Sequence record: NC_041975.1
Reading direction: 5' to 3' (one strand)
Length of the DNA: 64,000 nt
The position numbers and the translations under genes were made by a program. Below, piece after piece: positions 37,633 through 50,743 of this stretch; position 1 is the stretch's first letter; every line of letters begins with the position of its first letter. The notes beneath the pieces are model-generated. The model was not told the origin of the DNA. It ran no database searches and was given only the letters and a program-made list of their open reading frames with translations.

Positions 37633-39018
37633 ATGTCTTTACATCAAAAGCTCCTCTCTGCCGGGCTGGAGGCGTTTGACGCGCCTCCGGCTGCTCCGGT
37701 AGTAGCGGCAGTAGTACCTGCTCCATTTGATAACAACGCCCCGGTTAGCGAAGACCCGGAACTGCTTCGTGAAGAGACCGCTGCCCGTTTAGCGCTCGTG
37801 TCGATCATCGAAGCGGAGCGTGACGAAGAAGACTCGCGGTCTGCGGTTTATGAACTGCGTCGTCTGTCTGATGGTTTGGAAGGGTTGATGGTTGAGATTC
37901 AAAACGTCAACAACCCAGAAGAACCGACTGAAGACGAAATGGCGATGTTGAAAGCCACCGCCCAGCAAGTACGTAAAGAGCTGCTGGAAGATGGTGAGCA
38001 AGAACTCGTCATCAATGTCGAAAACGGCATTCTGGTTGGTTCACAGGAAGGTCTGGCTGATGCCCTCAGTAATGTGGCGAAGAAGATCGGTTTTGCATTA
38101 GGTAATGCAGCGAAAGGTTTACTGAGCAAAGGCGAGCAGGCGAAAGCGCCGTTGTCTTATAACCGTAAACTGGCAGCTGAACTGAAAGCGAAAATCGATA
38201 AGCTCGGCACGACTGAATTTGACTTTACCATGCCAGCTGATCTGGTCCGTCAGATTCGTGTGAGCGATACCGGTCCGGTTGATGCACTCAAAGCAGTAGC
38301 AGACTTCCCGGCAGCACTTGATGCCTGGTATCTGACCCCTGCTGATGCAGCAATGAACCTGTTTGAAAAACACGCCAACATCGTGCAGGCGATTGCCGGT
38401 AGCAAGACTCTCGAAGAGTTCAATACGAATTATGCGAAACTGAGCTCACTGGCGCCACCGCTGCCTGCAGGCGCTAAACGCCTTGATCCGATTAACACGC
38501 GGGATTATATCTTCGACGTTAATGAACATCACCCAAGTATGGGTCGTGTGGCTCGCTACTATTATGTTGCGCGTCCGGATGTGGGTAAAACGCCTGAAGA
38601 TAAAGCGCTGGATAATGTCATTGCTTTGGCGCAGTATTCGACCGGGATCTATCCGTTCGATAAGATCTCTAAACGTAAAGCAACTGATGAGCAGGTGAAG
38701 TTCAGTGCGGCTGAAGTCAAAGGCTTGCTGGATGACATGCTGAAAGCGTGTGACGTGGTTGATAAGTACCTTTCACGTCTTGCAGTCGCCAGCACAATGG
38801 ATAAGCGCTACAACGCTCTGGTTGATTTACTCAATAGCGACTTGCGTAAACAAGAGTGGTGTTCCACAGAAGTCAACCGCATGGCACGCGTTGCGTTGAT
38901 CTCAATGGATGCGTATTATTCATACGGGTTTGCTTATACCAGTCGTGCTTACGAACTGATGGACGTGATCGTCAAGTTGGTGAAGAAAGCCGTGTATAAA
39001 TCTGACCTCAGTAAGTAA
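37633..39018 (+). CDS. phiKZ-like internal head protein, paralog 2
   Basis: LLSAGLE|AFD; same architecture as paralog 1. Confidence 0.8.
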   Translation: MSLHQKLLSAGLEAFDAPPAAPVVAAVVPAPFDNNAPVSEDPELLREETAARLALVSIIEAERDEEDSRSAVYELRRLSDGLEGLMVEIQNVNNPEEPTEDEMAMLKATAQQVRKELLEDGEQELVINVENGILVGSQEGLADALSNVAKKIGFALGNAAKGLLSKGEQAKAPLSYNRKLAAELKAKIDKLGTTEFDFTMPADLVRQIRVSDTGPVDALKAVADFPAALDAWYLTPADAAMNLFEKHANIVQAIAGSKTLEEFNTNYAKLSSLAPPLPAGAKRLDPINTRDYIFDVNEHHPSMGRVARYYYVARPDVGKTPEDKALDNVIALAQYSTGIYPFDKISKRKATDEQVKFSAAEVKGLLDDMLKACDVVDKYLSRLAVASTMDKRYNALVDLLNSDLRKQEWCSTEVNRMARVALISMDAYYSYGFAYTSRAYELMDVIVKLVKKAVYKSDLSK

Positions 39019-39029
39019 ACGGAGAAAAC

Positions 39030-40400
39030 ATGTCCGCGATTAATGACTTTCTATTTACTGCGGGCATGGAGGGGTTTAACGACCCCTCCTCTATACCGCC
39101 CGTTGGTATAGTTGTGCCCTTTTTTGGTGTTGAAGAGTTCGCTGAAGCGGATGCTGAACAATCTGTACGTATGACAGAGATGAACCAGCAAGCTGAAGCA
39201 ATTCAACGTCTGCAACAAACGCTGGTCTACATCAACGCTCACCGCCCAACCTTTGACCGTGAGAACGCCGCTGTCGTGCAGCAAGCGCTGGGTGAAGTAC
39301 AGGTACTGATGCCTGACATGGAAGACCCGGTCACCATCATGGGGTCGCTGGAGCATTATACCCCGGCTTACACCAACCACTTGCTTGCGCACGGTATTGA
39401 AGGCATTGGTGATAAGATCCTGAGCGTGGTCAAGAAGATCATCGAACTCTTGAAGAAAGGTTATGCCTTCTTGAGTAAAGCCATCCAGGCAAAGGGTGTG
39501 GTCTTCGGTAAACAGAAGCGCGAACTCGATGAGCTCAATGCATGGTTTAAAGATCAACGCAAAAGCAACGATAAACCCGCTACCACCACCGGTAATGAAC
39601 CTAAGGTTGTTACGGTCACTGCCCCGACCTATCTGTACACCGTCGACAGTAACAAACCGTTAGCGGCGGATCGCTTAGCAAGCGAAGTGGCGAAGTACAA
39701 CAAATTCCTGCAGGCCTTCTCGGTTGATTTCATCCGGGCGCATATTACCCTGGGTGATCTCTATATTCGCGCGCTGGGCACGCTGGATATTGCCAGTACC
39801 AGTAACGAAGAGTTGTTCACCAAGATGTTTAAGGGTCAGTTTAAATACCAGGCCTCGGGTGCAACGCTGTACACCAAACGCAATGGCGAAATGTGCGATA
39901 TCGAAACAGTCGGGTTGATTGGTGGGATTGGCTTTAAAGCCTCCATCGCGAATATCCTGGTCGCACCGCTTGAGATGACCGCAGACGGCTCTAACCAGCG
40001 TAAGTTCTTTAAGCAGATGAACGGGCTGTATAACTACAGTTTTGTCTCCAAAATAAAAATGGATGGCAGTACGGTGGGTAATACCCCAATCTATGCTTGC
40101 AGTCTCGCTGACGCTGAGCGGTTGGTGAATCAACTTGATATGCTGACCAACTGGATGATTAACAGTCAGCACGACGAAGAGATCCGTGACTTTAATAAAC
40201 GGGTGACTGAGTGTGTGGATAAGCTGGCTGATCGTGCTGGTCGTCTGGGTAATGACCGCCGTGATTTTATCACTACTGTGATCAATGCCTTGTCTGGTAT
40301 CTCCAGTGGTCTGGAAAATGTGTCTCGTGGCATGAATCAGCAAACGAACACATTGATCAACAACTTGCGTGAGTACGTTACCAAATCCACGAAAGCGTAA
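39030..40400 (+). CDS. phiKZ-like internal head protein, paralog 3
   Basis: LFTAGME|GF, GSLE and HGIE|GIG sites. Confidence 0.8.
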   Translation: MSAINDFLFTAGMEGFNDPSSIPPVGIVVPFFGVEEFAEADAEQSVRMTEMNQQAEAIQRLQQTLVYINAHRPTFDRENAAVVQQALGEVQVLMPDMEDPVTIMGSLEHYTPAYTNHLLAHGIEGIGDKILSVVKKIIELLKKGYAFLSKAIQAKGVVFGKQKRELDELNAWFKDQRKSNDKPATTTGNEPKVVTVTAPTYLYTVDSNKPLAADRLASEVAKYNKFLQAFSVDFIRAHITLGDLYIRALGTLDIASTSNEELFTKMFKGQFKYQASGATLYTKRNGEMCDIETVGLIGGIGFKASIANILVAPLEMTADGSNQRKFFKQMNGLYNYSFVSKIKMDGSTVGNTPIYACSLADAERLVNQLDMLTNWMINSQHDEEIRDFNKRVTECVDKLADRAGRLGNDRRDFITTVINALSGISSGLENVSRGMNQQTNTLINNLREYVTKSTKA

Positions 40401-40493
40401 ATTATTATATGTGTTAATGGCCCTGCAGGAAACGCGGGGCCTTATCACAATACGATCGTATTTAATTTCATGAAATTAAGGTAGAGACTCACT

Positions 40494-41849
40494 ATGTCTA
40501 TTCAAGCATTTTTAAACCTCGGCGCCGAGGCTTTCGAAGACGCACCGGTAGTTGAAGAAGCACCGGTTGTGGTTGTTGCACCAGTGCCAGAAGAAGTGAT
40601 CGAGCTGATTGCCGAGCGTGATGATTCGAACATCGCCCTGGCCATTGCTCAGGATGCGGCGGCAATGTCTGCTGCCGAGCGTCAGGTGGAAGAGTTTGCT
40701 TCCGCAATCGAGCGCGTTGAAAATGTCCAGGCATCAATGGAACACTTTATCGAAGCGGGCCTGTCACAGAAATCAGCAATGATGCTGCATCGCCAGATCA
40801 CAACTGTCATGGCATCTGTCGGCAAGGATGGCGCTGCCATCGGTGGCGGTCTGGAAAACTTCGACAACGAAGAAGCCAGCATTGCACTGCTGACCGCTGG
40901 TCTGGAAGCACTGGATGCCGAGAAAGCCGATCTGTCCTCCCGTGCCGGTGCATCCATTGCCGGTATCGCTGGTAACATTAAAAGCTTTCTGGGCAACATC
41001 AGTACTCAGGCCGGTCGTTATAAACTGCGTGCTGAAGCGATCGTTAAATCTGCTGACGGCGCTGAAGCCAAGTCCGGTACTGTTGAAGTAAAAGATAAAC
41101 ACCTGGTTGTAAAAGGTGGCAATCCATCAACTAACCTGAAAGGCGATCTGGGTAACTTCAGCAAGCTGGTTGGTGCGGCAATCGCTACCTTCATCGAAGG
41201 CGATATCGTTAAAGAAGGCAGCGCTCTGGCAAAAGCTGGCGAGACCATCATTAAAGCGACTACCGCTGATGTGGCAGTGAAAGCTGCAATGGGTGTGAAA
41301 CACAATCCATTCCCGGGCGCAACCATCGCAGTGCAGGACAAAGACACCTTCAGTATCAAACGTACTGAAGTGGTTCTCGGCGGCTATGCGGTATTCGATC
41401 TGCAATATAAAGCCACCGGCGGCGAAGGTGCTGAAGCAGCTGTTGCGCATCTGAATGCACTGAGCAAAAACCGCGTTACTCTTCGTCAGGCTCCAGTTGA
41501 AGCTGGTAGCGAGAAAGTATTCTCTGCCACTATGTCTCCGGCCGATGGCGCAGCACTGGCGAAAGATGTTATCGCAATGCTGGACAACATCACAGCGGTC
41601 AATAACCGTAGCCTGGGTGCGGTAAGTGGCGCACTGGCCCGTCTGGGTACCAGCGTTGTGTTGAAAGGTGCTGTGGCGAAAGACGCAGACAAAGACGTGA
41701 AGAAAATTGCTGGCGCCATGGGTAAAACCCTGGTTGGTTCTATCCAGGCTGTTAACAGTCTGCCACGCGATGCCCTGAGCGCTGCGCTGAAAGTGTCTGA
41801 TGCTGTACTGAAAGTTGCTAAGAAAGCTGCTGCAGGTCAAGTAGACTAA
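40494..41849 (+). CDS. phiKZ-like internal head protein, paralog 4
   Basis: LGAE|AF, ASME, GGLE and AGLE|AL sites. Confidence 0.8.
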   Translation: MSIQAFLNLGAEAFEDAPVVEEAPVVVVAPVPEEVIELIAERDDSNIALAIAQDAAAMSAAERQVEEFASAIERVENVQASMEHFIEAGLSQKSAMMLHRQITTVMASVGKDGAAIGGGLENFDNEEASIALLTAGLEALDAEKADLSSRAGASIAGIAGNIKSFLGNISTQAGRYKLRAEAIVKSADGAEAKSGTVEVKDKHLVVKGGNPSTNLKGDLGNFSKLVGAAIATFIEGDIVKEGSALAKAGETIIKATTADVAVKAAMGVKHNPFPGATIAVQDKDTFSIKRTEVVLGGYAVFDLQYKATGGEGAEAAVAHLNALSKNRVTLRQAPVEAGSEKVFSATMSPADGAALAKDVIAMLDNITAVNNRSLGAVSGALARLGTSVVLKGAVAKDADKDVKKIAGAMGKTLVGSIQAVNSLPRDALSAALKVSDAVLKVAKKAAAGQVD

Positions 41850-41871
41850 TCGAGTAACTTGACAACCTTAG

Positions 41872-41903
41872 GGGGAGAGGGGTTTCCCTCTCCTCTTATA
41901 CCG
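41872..41903 (+). terminator. hairpin-TTATACCG element (variant)
   Basis: GGGGAGAGGG-GTTT-CCCTCTCCTC followed by TTATACCG. Confidence 0.7.
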
Positions 41904-41920
41904 ACCAAGAAGGTGAATGC

Positions 41921-44263
41921 ATGTCAACCATGACAGAACTGGGTCCGTCACAAGGCACACTCCTTGCGGATGAGAAAGCAGTACACGATGACGCGGCCAC
42001 CGAAGCCACCGAAGTTGCACTCCACGTATTAAAGAAGATTGGTAAGAAGAAAGAGAAAGATGACGAGGATGAAGAGGTCGTGCTCTCCTTTGGTAGCGAA
42101 GGCTATGCCATGCTCACCAGTATGTCATTTGATCTGACTGAGAACTCCGATCTGGCCGTACAGGAACTCCTGGATAAGATCACCACCATCGTCATTGAAG
42201 CAAATGGCAATCTCACGCAGAAAGATCTGGAGAAGATCAAGAGTGTGGGGAATGAGTCGTTGTTAGGCGATGGGAATGAAGACTATAAAGAAGTCGTCAC
42301 CATGGTCATGAAACGGATCATGCAATTCATTCGCTGGGCGATCAACCAGGGTAAGGAAGGGATCAAACGGGTTGCTGACCGCCTGAGTCGTCTGAGCGTG
42401 AAGACGATGTATGTTGAGCGTAAGATCGATATCTCCACTGACAACTCATTGCCGACTGACAAGTTTGTATTACCGCGCAGCTATCCGATGCTGATGATGG
42501 TGAACAAACCACCGGCCAATGCCATGGAAGTGATCAACGCCGTCAACCGCACCAAGTATCTCTTCACTACGCTACATAACGACTACCAAGGTTTCCAGGC
42601 ATTGTTTAAGGCAGCGGTAGCCACTGGCTCTCGAGCTGATACCTTAGAGATGATCAACAACTATCTCAATGGCCTGATCAGTAAGCTCTCAGCGCGCCCT
42701 AACCCATTGTTTGATAACCGCAATACCTTTAACCAGTTACCAGGCGGGTATCGTCTGGTGTTCTCAGAAGGTCAGTCGTTTGCGGATTGTGGGGCGACCA
42801 TCCTGCGCACACCGGAGAAATACGAAGCTGCCCCGGCAGTTCAACGCCCGGACAAAGCAAGTCTGGTACGGTTGGTCAGTGAGATTAAAACCTATCTGCG
42901 GGTGATTAACGAAGTCTACGGTAAAGTCTCCAGTCGGTTGGAGGTTGATTTCCGTAACATCGTGAAAGCGGCCGAGAAAGAAGTGAAGGGGTTTGATTCA
43001 ACGGCAGATGTCCGCACTGCTTCGACCACCATCGAGTGGTTCACCGAACAGCAGTCACGTCTGTACACCCGTTCAATGATGCTCTCTTGTACGGTATTGA
43101 ATGCCGCACTTGATTACTGTCTGGGTGCCATTGGGGCGAAACCGGCTGCCGGTACCGAAAGCTTTGATATCCTTGATACCTCATCAATGGGTTATGCGAT
43201 CGAGTCGCTGGGTGAACAAATGGAACGGCTTGATGCTGGGTTGTGTGAGTTGGAGATCGATGCCCGCACTATGCAGTCGATTACCGATGTCAAAGAGATG
43301 GTAGATGTCGATAACGATCACGTCATCCAGCTTCTGATGCAACAGCGCCCAAGCAGCTATTTCAATCCACCGGATGGGCTGTCAGAGTACTCACTGGGTG
43401 ATGCCTTTAACGGCAGTGCTACGGCACGTTATATTGGCAGGCGTTTAACCAGTATCGTTAACCTCACGAATCAGCTCTCTGGCACCACGGATTTGATGAA
43501 AGGGTTATTGGCTGAAATGCCAACGGGTGAGATCAAGCCAGGCAGTGATGCGGATGTGATCGAGCGTAACTCGTTGCTTGACCGGGAGATGTTTGAAGGT
43601 CATCCCCTGTGTGCGTTCCTGCATCGGGTAGACCGGGAAGGTATCTACGCCACCGATGTGATTCGTTATGTTACTGACACCTATGAGAAGCTGCGTCAAG
43701 TGCGCACGACTCTGGCGGTTCAGGCTGAGCAGATGACCTTAACAGTGGCTGATGGTGAGATGAACGTGAGCTTGTTGAAAGAGTTCCTGTTTAACGCCCC
43801 TCAGGAGCCCTTCACGGACAGCGTACTCTGTGGTGGATTCAGACTACAACCTGTAGCAGAAAAGCTCGGAGAACTCGTTATACACGGTGCTGTGATGGAT
43901 TCCCCTCCACCACTGAAACCGATGACGACTATCCATCGCCCAAGCTACGACGAGTATAATGGTGTCAACCAACTGGCAAGCCTGTTCGGTAATGAACTGC
44001 GGGAACTGGCTAAGATCGCAGAGCGGTTACAAATCGGCACAGGGTATTTGCGCTACATCACAACCTCAGTAGCGGACAACCTCAATGAGGATGGCTTGAA
44101 AGGGGGTGGTGATGGTTGGTTCAATACTGCACTCGAGTACTTGGCGGTGTCAGCACGCCAGTATCGCTGGATGTATCGCCTAACCGTTCAGTTGGCGGTG
44201 TATGAACACACCATGATCAATGCCCTGCGTCACTACAACAACTCAGGAGGCTGGCATGACTGA
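41921..44263 (+). CDS. large internal head protein, probably two family domains
   Basis: 780 aa. FGSE and VGNE lie near the N-terminus; AGTE and YAIE lie mid-protein; an LxGG(Y/F)RL-like motif occurs twice. Confidence 0.7.
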   Translation: MSTMTELGPSQGTLLADEKAVHDDAATEATEVALHVLKKIGKKKEKDDEDEEVVLSFGSEGYAMLTSMSFDLTENSDLAVQELLDKITTIVIEANGNLTQKDLEKIKSVGNESLLGDGNEDYKEVVTMVMKRIMQFIRWAINQGKEGIKRVADRLSRLSVKTMYVERKIDISTDNSLPTDKFVLPRSYPMLMMVNKPPANAMEVINAVNRTKYLFTTLHNDYQGFQALFKAAVATGSRADTLEMINNYLNGLISKLSARPNPLFDNRNTFNQLPGGYRLVFSEGQSFADCGATILRTPEKYEAAPAVQRPDKASLVRLVSEIKTYLRVINEVYGKVSSRLEVDFRNIVKAAEKEVKGFDSTADVRTASTTIEWFTEQQSRLYTRSMMLSCTVLNAALDYCLGAIGAKPAAGTESFDILDTSSMGYAIESLGEQMERLDAGLCELEIDARTMQSITDVKEMVDVDNDHVIQLLMQQRPSSYFNPPDGLSEYSLGDAFNGSATARYIGRRLTSIVNLTNQLSGTTDLMKGLLAEMPTGEIKPGSDADVIERNSLLDREMFEGHPLCAFLHRVDREGIYATDVIRYVTDTYEKLRQVRTTLAVQAEQMTLTVADGEMNVSLLKEFLFNAPQEPFTDSVLCGGFRLQPVAEKLGELVIHGAVMDSPPPLKPMTTIHRPSYDEYNGVNQLASLFGNELRELAKIAERLQIGTGYLRYITTSVADNLNEDGLKGGGDGWFNTALEYLAVSARQYRWMYRLTVQLAVYEHTMINALRHYNNSGGWHD

Positions 44264-44603
44264 TAACAGTAACAAGGCATTGTACAATGCAGCGCGCTTG
44301 CCTGTTCTTTACGAGTACCCGCATGACTTCACCCCGTATGCCCGTTTACTGGCTAACGAGAAGCAAGGCGCACAACCTTCGCAGGCGTTCGCTGAGATGC
44401 TGGCTAAGGTAACGGGCGATCCCTGGACACTGACCCCTAAACAGCCGTATACCCTGTACGGTGCCAAGGTGACGTTGATTGGTGAGAACCAACCCAACTT
44501 CCCAACCAGTAAACGGTTTCCTTACGTCCTGGTGTTGCAGTTGAGTACCCGGTATCAAGAACGCAAGTTATACCTGAGCTTTAAGATCTTGAAATCGAGC
44601 TGA
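44256..44603 (+). CDS. hypothetical protein
   Basis: ATG 44256 follows GGAGG. Confidence 0.65.
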   Translation: MTDNSNKALYNAARLPVLYEYPHDFTPYARLLANEKQGAQPSQAFAEMLAKVTGDPWTLTPKQPYTLYGAKVTLIGENQPNFPTSKRFPYVLVLQLSTRYQERKLYLSFKILKSS

Positions 44604-44646
44604 GCATAAGGAGAGGGCGTTTGCCCTCTCCTCTATGCCGTTATGC
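44603..44646. terminator. mirrored hairpin element at a convergent junction
   Basis: AGCATA-AGGAGAGGGC-GTTT-GCCCTCTCCT-CTATGCCG-TTATGC. Confidence 0.8.
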
Positions 44647-45342
44647 TTGTGGTGCTTCGCCACTGCCATCAGCTGGCGTGGTGTCATCTTCACTGAACGT
44701 ATTGGGAATACGAGGCAGATCACCAATCACAGTTGCAGAGGTTACCGCGTTCTTGAAAGTCCAGTAACGCTCAAGGTACGCATTATAAGACTCCAGCAGG
44801 CGCTCAACCACGTCGATCACTTCAACCGGTAAGAGTTCAACCATTTGACCATCAACAGTACGCAGACGGAATTTGGTTTCATCGGAGGCCCCGACACGTT
44901 TCTCACCGACCACACGCATACCCATCAGGTTAGCGCGTTCTTCAGCGGTCATCACCACTTTGTAGTCTGTGTTGTCGTGGGTAAATGCGATGCCGTTGTT
45001 AAGATCATTACTGATGATCTCTTTGGCACTTTGCAGCGACATGTCTTTACCCATTGCCAAGTTGGCTGCGAGCTCTTCTTCATTATAAGCGCGCACATCC
45101 CAGAACTGGTAATAAAGACCGTCATCACCTTTAACCGGTGTGCCTTCGGTTACCACATCACCATCCGGTCGATCAACCATGTTGACCATGGCGTAAGGAC
45201 GAGGAAGGTTCAGCAGCTTTTCAGACTCGATGGTGCTACCCCAGCTGGTCTGCATGTTATCCTGACGGGCATCATACATGTACTTCGGGTAAGCCATATC
45301 CTCGATACGGACGAGGGGTGTAGAATTCGTTACTGTAGTCAT
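44641..45342 (-). CDS. tail fibre assembly chaperone (DUF4376-like)
   Basis: NGIAF...FRLRTVDGQMVEL...WTFKNAVTSATVIGDLPRI pattern, directly downstream of the fibre gene. Confidence 0.6.
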   Translation of the reverse strand: MTTVTNSTPLVRIEDMAYPKYMYDARQDNMQTSWGSTIESEKLLNLPRPYAMVNMVDRPDGDVVTEGTPVKGDDGLYYQFWDVRAYNEEELAANLAMGKDMSLQSAKEIISNDLNNGIAFTHDNTDYKVVMTAEERANLMGMRVVGEKRVGASDETKFRLRTVDGQMVELLPVEVIDVVERLLESYNAYLERYWTFKNAVTSATVIGDLPRIPNTFSEDDTTPADGSGEAPQA

Positions 45343-45390
45343 TACGACTCCTTGAAGAATGCTGGGGCTTTCACCCCAGCACAGACGCCG

Positions 45391-48462
<3,072 letters not shown>

Positions 48463-48521
48463 TACAAACCTCTTTTAGTAACTATATTGCTGTTTAGTGT
48501 AAACGGGTTCACACTCGTGTG

Positions 48522-49055
48522 TTATGCCACGCTTTCAAGCTTCAGTGGCTGGCCGTCTTCAGTTGTGAGCCATTGACCACTTTCAGTCAGCAGGACAGGC
48601 TGCTGCGTCGCACCGGTGTTAATCAGCACCGCAAGGGTACCTTCATAGACGAGGCTGCCTTGGAAGACGATGTCGTGCATGATACGACCTTCGCTGTCCG
48701 TGTTGTTCGCGTCAATGGTGCGATCTGAAATGTCATTGGCTGTGACCTGCAAGCCGTAACGACCGTTTAACGTCGCCAGCAGATCTTTAGTTGTGGATGG
48801 AGTACTAACAGTGAGTTCTGGAACAATGCCAAAAAACAACGTCGATACCTTGAGTCGGTCGAGGTTGACGATATTGCTCCCAACGTACCCTTTGTCAGCT
48901 ACAGCAATAACAGGGATGTCGGTATCGCGTTTACCCGCTCCTGTCACTGGCGTAGGGACACCAAAGTTAATTTGATCAGCCTGGATAGTAAGATTATTAT
49001 CCTGGTTAATTTGATCAACGATGATTTGGGCCGATGGCTGATTCAGGATGGTCAT
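48522..49055 (-). CDS. putative virion structural protein
   Basis: 177 aa upstream of the fibre gene. Ends LLTESGQWLTTEDGQPLKLES. Confidence 0.7.
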   Translation of the reverse strand: MTILNQPSAQIIVDQINQDNNLTIQADQINFGVPTPVTGAGKRDTDIPVIAVADKGYVGSNIVNLDRLKVSTLFFGIVPELTVSTPSTTKDLLATLNGRYGLQVTANDISDRTIDANNTDSEGRIMHDIVFQGSLVYEGTLAVLINTGATQQPVLLTESGQWLTTEDGQPLKLESVA

Positions 49056-49186
49056 ACTTTTCTCCCGTAAGCGCCGTTTCTGATGATCATATAATAATTT
49101 CTTTTCTACAAAACTAACCTAATGAAATAGGTATTCTGTGGTGAAATCGTATAGACATTAAAAGAAAGGGGATTGAGGATTACATC

Positions 49187-50743
49187 ATGCCCATTGTGAC
49201 TGAAGCTACACCTGAGCAACACAAGTCGATTATTCGCCCTGTGGTCATTGAAGTCGTCAACCAGATTCTGCCTGTCATGCGCTTAAGGACTGACGACGAA
49301 TTGATCTTCAATGGTTTTGCGGATATTGCCATGTTGTCAAATTCCATGATCGGTGTGAACCGTAACCCTGACTCACCCATTCGTCCACCGGGCCCAAGTC
49401 AGATCATGGTTAATATCGAGGAGAGTGCAACCAGCACCACCTCGCCTGAGATGGCAGTGCTTTATCCCGAGAACCGGTTTATCATGCGTGATGCTCGCCT
49501 GGGGATTGGTATCCGTCCGGTTCGCAAACGCACCTTACTCAACATCACCTTTAATAAACGTTTCCGCTCCAAAGCCGCTGCTGACCGCTGGCATTCCAAC
49601 ATGGAACAGTTGATGGCCCGTTATGTGCAGGATTATATCCACGCCCTGGATTACCACTACAACATCCCCGACGGTATGCTGGTGATGCTCAGTGAGTTCT
49701 GGAAGTTGCGTGAAGCACAAGCGCCGTATAATCAGAACTTCGGTGAATGGCTCTCCTCGTGCATGGCACCGTACCAGACGGTCACCACTAACCAGGCGGG
49801 TAAACAAGCACAGTTGTCATTTGCTGAATCGTTAGATAACGTGCAGGGGTGGTGGGATTTCGATGTGGTACCCTACCCGGTCCGTGAGAACACCCGTGGG
49901 AACTGGCAAGTCACCTTCGATTACAAAGTCGAATTTGATAAGGTGATTGAGTTGGTGATGAACTACCCGATCATCATTCATAACCAGATGCTTCCCCCGG
50001 AGATGATCCCTCAGCCGCGCTTGCCGAGCTATCGCAACAAGGTTTATCAGAAGAACGCGATGATGTATCGGGCCGAAGCCGTGCAACAGGAAGTAGAGCC
50101 AGCAAACTACAGCTTGCGTGATTACCTGTGCTACCCAGTGTACGACGACTGGATACCGGAATACATCCCGCCGTATCAGATCGTGCAATACACTGCCCAG
50201 CTTGCTGTTGATCCGGCTGACCTGCGGTTGGTGGTTAACTTAAAAGAGTTGGGGGATTATGAGTTCACGGGAGCGGCACTGGAGTACTTGCGCTATGTGA
50301 AGAACCGGGCTTTCGTCAATACCCGTTCGGTGATTCAGCTGAAGGTGTATGAAGAGGATGTGCTGATCGATTCGGAGAAGCTCACCCTGGACAGTAACCT
50401 GGATGTGCACTGTGCGTTTGATCTGAACCTGCGTAAGTCCTACCACATCATGGTCACCATCGACTCCGACCTGGCAAAGCTGTCTGAACAGACCGTCAGT
50501 GAGTTGAAAGAAGATGGCTGGTTTACTGAGAATGTCTTGCAGGTGATCTACCCGCAGTATCTCAATACCCCGGTTTGGCCAAAACCCAATGATCGGGGGA
50601 CGATCTCGGATCTTGCCTGGGATCGGTTTGTGGCGGCACTCTACCCGACCAACCAGTGGTACCGCAAGCCGGACATCGCCCAGCTAACGATTGGGCAGTT
50701 TACCATTCTTGCTAAGAAGAGAAACGATCATGGCTATCGCTAA
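49187..50743 (+). CDS. putative neck/tail-completion protein
   Basis: 518 aa in the virion block. The assignment is positional only. Confidence 0.5.
   Translation: MPIVTEATPEQHKSIIRPVVIEVVNQILPVMRLRTDDELIFNGFADIAMLSNSMIGVNRNPDSPIRPPGPSQIMVNIEESATSTTSPEMAVLYPENRFIMRDARLGIGIRPVRKRTLLNITFNKRFRSKAAADRWHSNMEQLMARYVQDYIHALDYHYNIPDGMLVMLSEFWKLREAQAPYNQNFGEWLSSCMAPYQTVTTNQAGKQAQLSFAESLDNVQGWWDFDVVPYPVRENTRGNWQVTFDYKVEFDKVIELVMNYPIIIHNQMLPPEMIPQPRLPSYRNKVYQKNAMMYRAEAVQQEVEPANYSLRDYLCYPVYDDWIPEYIPPYQIVQYTAQLAVDPADLRLVVNLKELGDYEFTGAALEYLRYVKNRAFVNTRSVIQLKVYEEDVLIDSEKLTLDSNLDVHCAFDLNLRKSYHIMVTIDSDLAKLSEQTVSELKEDGWFTENVLQVIYPQYLNTPVWPKPNDRGTISDLAWDRFVAALYPTNQWYRKPDIAQLTIGQFTILAKKRNDHGYR

Noticed and set aside
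39051-41840. Minus-strand ORFs of 168-257 aa over the head paralogs
   Set aside because: Shadow frames of well-supported plus-strand genes.
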